Source: Torpedo marmorata
Lineage: Eukaryota
Reading direction: 5' to 3'
Assembly (NCBI GenBank): GCA_977017645.1
Contig: OZ360253.1
Span: 25,544,001-25,608,000 of the forward strand
DNA length: 64,000 nucleotides
Positions 60,958-64,000 of the stretch are shown in pieces. The notes under the pieces were generated by a model. It did no database searches. It was not told where the DNA came from and saw only the letters and a list, made by a program, of their open reading frames with translations. Numbering within the stretch: position 1 is the stretch's first letter; each line of letters starts with the position of its first letter. The position numbers and the translations under genes were made by a program.

Positions 60958-61212
60958 GGGGCAGCACGGTTAGAGTAGCAGTTAGCGCAACGCTGTTACA
61001 GCGCCAGCGACCGGGGGTCGAATCCGGCGCTGTCTGTAAGGAGCTTGTACGTACTCTCCGTGTCTGTGTGGGTTTCGTCTGGGTGCTCCGGTTTCCTCCC
61101 ACTGTTCAAATGAACCTGGGGTTGTAGGTCAATTGGGTGTAATTGGATGGCACAGGCTCGTGGGCCGAAAGGGCCTGTTACCGTGCTGTATGTCTAAATT
61201 TAAATTTAAAAT
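60958..61212 (+). mobile_element. HE1/V-SINE, full length
   Basis: ggggcagcacggttagagtagcagttagcgc head, V-domain, (aattta)n tail. Confidence 0.9.
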
Positions 61213-61458
61213 TTATTGTTGCATTAAAAACAATTCAAAAGCCGTTAGGAGCGAGTCAACTGTCTGGGTGTTTGGGGCAGGGTCTCAGCCTGGGGTTCAT
61301 TTGGGTTCTTCACTGCATCCGCAGCTCAGAAGCAATTAAGGATGAGCAGTTCATACAGTTATCCCCATGAATCTAAATAAAGAGAAACTATTCGGTGTAA
61401 CAACTGTCCGCCTCGATCTGTTGAAATGGGCATTTCTTCATCTCTTAGAACCATAGAA

Positions 61459-61951
61459 TATCTTATCTGAGCTTGGAGAAAATTAGATATAATATTAAAG
61501 ATAGAAAGTTTCAATTTCTAAAGATATGGGGCCCATTTATAGAATACTATCATGATTGGAAGAATTAGTAAACGTGAATGTTCCGAGGATTCTCTGTCCG
61601 AGGTCTGGAGATTGCTATCTGATCCATTTTCTCGTTTCTCTTTGTTATAAAGGTAACTTTTATAAGAGGGAGGGGTTAGATTAGAATTAGCTTTTAGAAT
61701 TTTTTTCTTTGTTTTTTTTTGGAATTTTTTTTTACATTTTATATTTTAGTCAATAATTTGGAATATGAGTTTTAACATGAATTTATAACATATTCATAAC
61801 TTGTCCTATATTTAAACTTGGGAACTGGTTAACGTCATTTCATTTGCTTGTTTTTCCTTTGAATTTGTATGATTATATGTTTTCATTTTTTTTTCGTGTA
61901 TGTTTGTTTATATATTGAACTCAATAAAAATATTTTAAAAAGAAAGAAAAT
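61459..61951 (+). mobile_element. L1 ORF2 C-terminus and 3' UTR
   Basis: SYLSLEKIRYNIKDRKFQFLKIWGPFIEYYHDWKN*; 10-bp TSD aaccatagaa (61449-61458 and 61952-61961). Confidence 0.88.
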
Positions 61952-62385
61952 AACCATAGAACACTACAGCTCAGAAACAGGACTTTCTGCCCTTCTAGTG
62001 TGTGCCAAACTATTATTCTGCCTCGTTCCTCTGACCTGCACCCAGACCATACCCCCCCCCACCACCTAATCAAAGTACCTGCCCAAATTTTTCTTAAATG
62101 TAAAAAATTAAACCTGCATTTACAAATTGAGCTGGAAGCTCTTTCCACACTCCCACCACTGTCTGTGTGAAGACGTCCCCCCTAATGTTCCCTTTAAACT
62201 TTTCCCCTTTCACACTTAACCCACGTCCTCCAGTTTCTGTCTCACCTAACCTCAGTGGAAAAACCTACTTGCATTTACTCTATTATCAGATTTTGTATAT
62301 CTCTATCAAATCTCCCTTCATTCTTCTACACTCCAGAGTCCCAACCTGTTTAACCTTTCCCTGTAACTCCGTTCTTCAAGTTCTT
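61952..62385 (-). mobile_element. CR1 3' end
   Basis: RRMKGDLIEIYKI..TGGRGLSVKGEKFKGNIRGDVFTQTVVGVW; homologous to 49575-49870. Confidence 0.85.
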
Positions 62386-63000
62386 TGTGAATTGGCCATC
62401 TTGCCAATTGGAATTCACTGAAGACTCTTCTATGGTCGTGTTGGGCTGGATAGCTATACAACTCATGGTAGCATATGACTCAGTAGGGAAGGACTAATGG
62501 TGATGGTTCCTGTGTTGTTGTCCTTTCAGATGGTGGATGTGGCCGACTTAAGAAGTGTGGCCTACAAAGGGCTTGGTTAATGGGTGTTCAAAGTAGGAAT
62601 TCCTTTCCCCAGGAATCAATCCCTCATTTTATCAAGCATTGCATTGTTGAGCTTTAAATGGATTATCTGTTTAATTCTATTAAGTGGAAGCAAGGCAGAC
62701 TAATGGTTGAACCTGTAGGCCTGGGCTCTTTATACAAGGATGAGTACAAATCTCATAATGGTAAGTGGAGAATATAAATTCAAGCATTTAAATAAATATC
62801 AAATTATATTAAAAAAAACTTGGAATTAAATAATAATGAATGAAGATATCATAAAAGTGTCCTTCTATCATCAAGCATCAAGTAAAGGTCTGCTACCTCT
62901 AACCAGTACGTGGGACTCCTAATCCGTATAGTATGGTGGGCTCTTCACTGCCTCCTCAGCCGAGAGGCAATTATGGACGAACAATTAATCTAGACATCCC

Positions 63001-63212
63001 AATGAATCAAAATGAAGAGAAACCATTTGGTCAAGAACAGGTCAGGATGAACGACATCACATTAATCTCCAACAACTTGCATTTATATTCCATTCGCAGT
63101 ATAGCAAATGAATCAAAATGAAGAGCAACCATTTGGTCAAGAACAGGTCAGGATGTACGACATCACATTAATCTCCAACAACTTGCATTTATATTCCATT
63201 TGCTGTATAGCA
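63001..63212 (+). repeat. 106-bp tandem duplication
   Basis: 63001-63106 versus 63107-63212, 4 mismatches. Confidence 0.95.
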
Positions 63213-63489
63213 AACATTGCAAGGTGACAGGACTAAGAGCCATGGCCAGACTAAGACCATACAAAGAGACGCAAGGGCGAACATCCAAAAGGTCAGACAA
63301 ATTAATAAATTACAAGGAAGGTCATAACAGAGGTACAAAACGTTCATAGAGGAAGTTCCAGAATTCGATTCGGGATGACTGTGAAAACGTTCCTGGACTC
63401 GACCGCAGAAGCCTGGACCACTAACCCAGAGACGTAAAATCAAATTCCAGCATTTAAATTTAGTTACCCTGGCCAGTGTATGCGGTCCT

Positions 63490-63888
63490 TGAACTTTAAA
63501 AATGCCACCCCAAAACCAGGGGTCATCTTATACATCAAGTATAAAATCCGAACCTAACAGCGAAGTCTCAGCACTCCCTCGCGGGGTCCATCTGCCTAGT
63601 CCGACTGCCATTGGCTCTGTACAGGCTTTAAACGGCGTGTTAAAGGAGCCGAAGGTGGTTGATTTTAAAATATGCTAATAAAATTTAAACCTTTACTGGG
63701 TAATTTGCTTTTAAAATATTGTGAATTAGTATATTAAATGTGCCTAGCAGCATCACTCCACTGGTCAGCAGTAAGTGCCAGACTTGGGGTCGTCTTATAC
63801 AGCGATCATAGCTCAAAACCTACATTTTAGGTGGAAATATAGGGGGATGTCTTATACACGAGTCATCTTATACTCTGGCATATATGGA
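63490..63888. mobile_element. pogo-like MITE remnant
   Basis: Repeated ggggtc.tcttatac motifs and end cttatactctggcatatatgg; left TIR not clear. Confidence 0.55.
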
Positions 63889-64000
63889 AAAATAGCCAAG
63901 TGTGAGTAAACATGAAACAATCCTAAAACTGATCTGGTGCATTGATGTCCTTGAGGAAAGAAAATCTGCCGCACTCACCTGGTCTGTGTGAGACTCCCGA

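Overview
This is eukaryotic, repeat-dense, apparently non-coding DNA (intronic or intergenic). HE1/V-SINE-type SINEs and HER1/CR1-type tails point to a cartilaginous fish (shark, ray or skate); this is an inference. I find no credible host protein-coding exon, intact transposon ORF or CRISPR array. Every recognisable ORF is a decayed retroelement or transposase fragment, or an artefact of a G-rich minisatellite. Retroelements: about 20 5'-truncated Rex1/Babar LINE copies in three subfamilies, CR1 and L1 3' ends, Penelope remnants and tRNA-derived V-SINEs. DNA transposons: Tc1, pogo/Tigger and hAT derivatives, several with perfect TSDs, often deeply nested. There are also two large G-rich minisatellites and a 100-N gap. 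The most interesting signals are: (1) a full-length 5S-rRNA-headed SINE with a Rex1-type tail; (2) a ~0.85-kb CpG-rich non-coding retroposon family sharing that tail; (3) short palindromic Penelope-derived elements carrying hammerhead-ribozyme cores; (4) an 84-bp inverted repeat 2.7 kb apart in otherwise unique sequence; (5) L1 insertions landing repeatedly in the tandem tails of opposite-strand retroposons. Coordinates were read by eye, and ends without a TSD or TIR are approximate.
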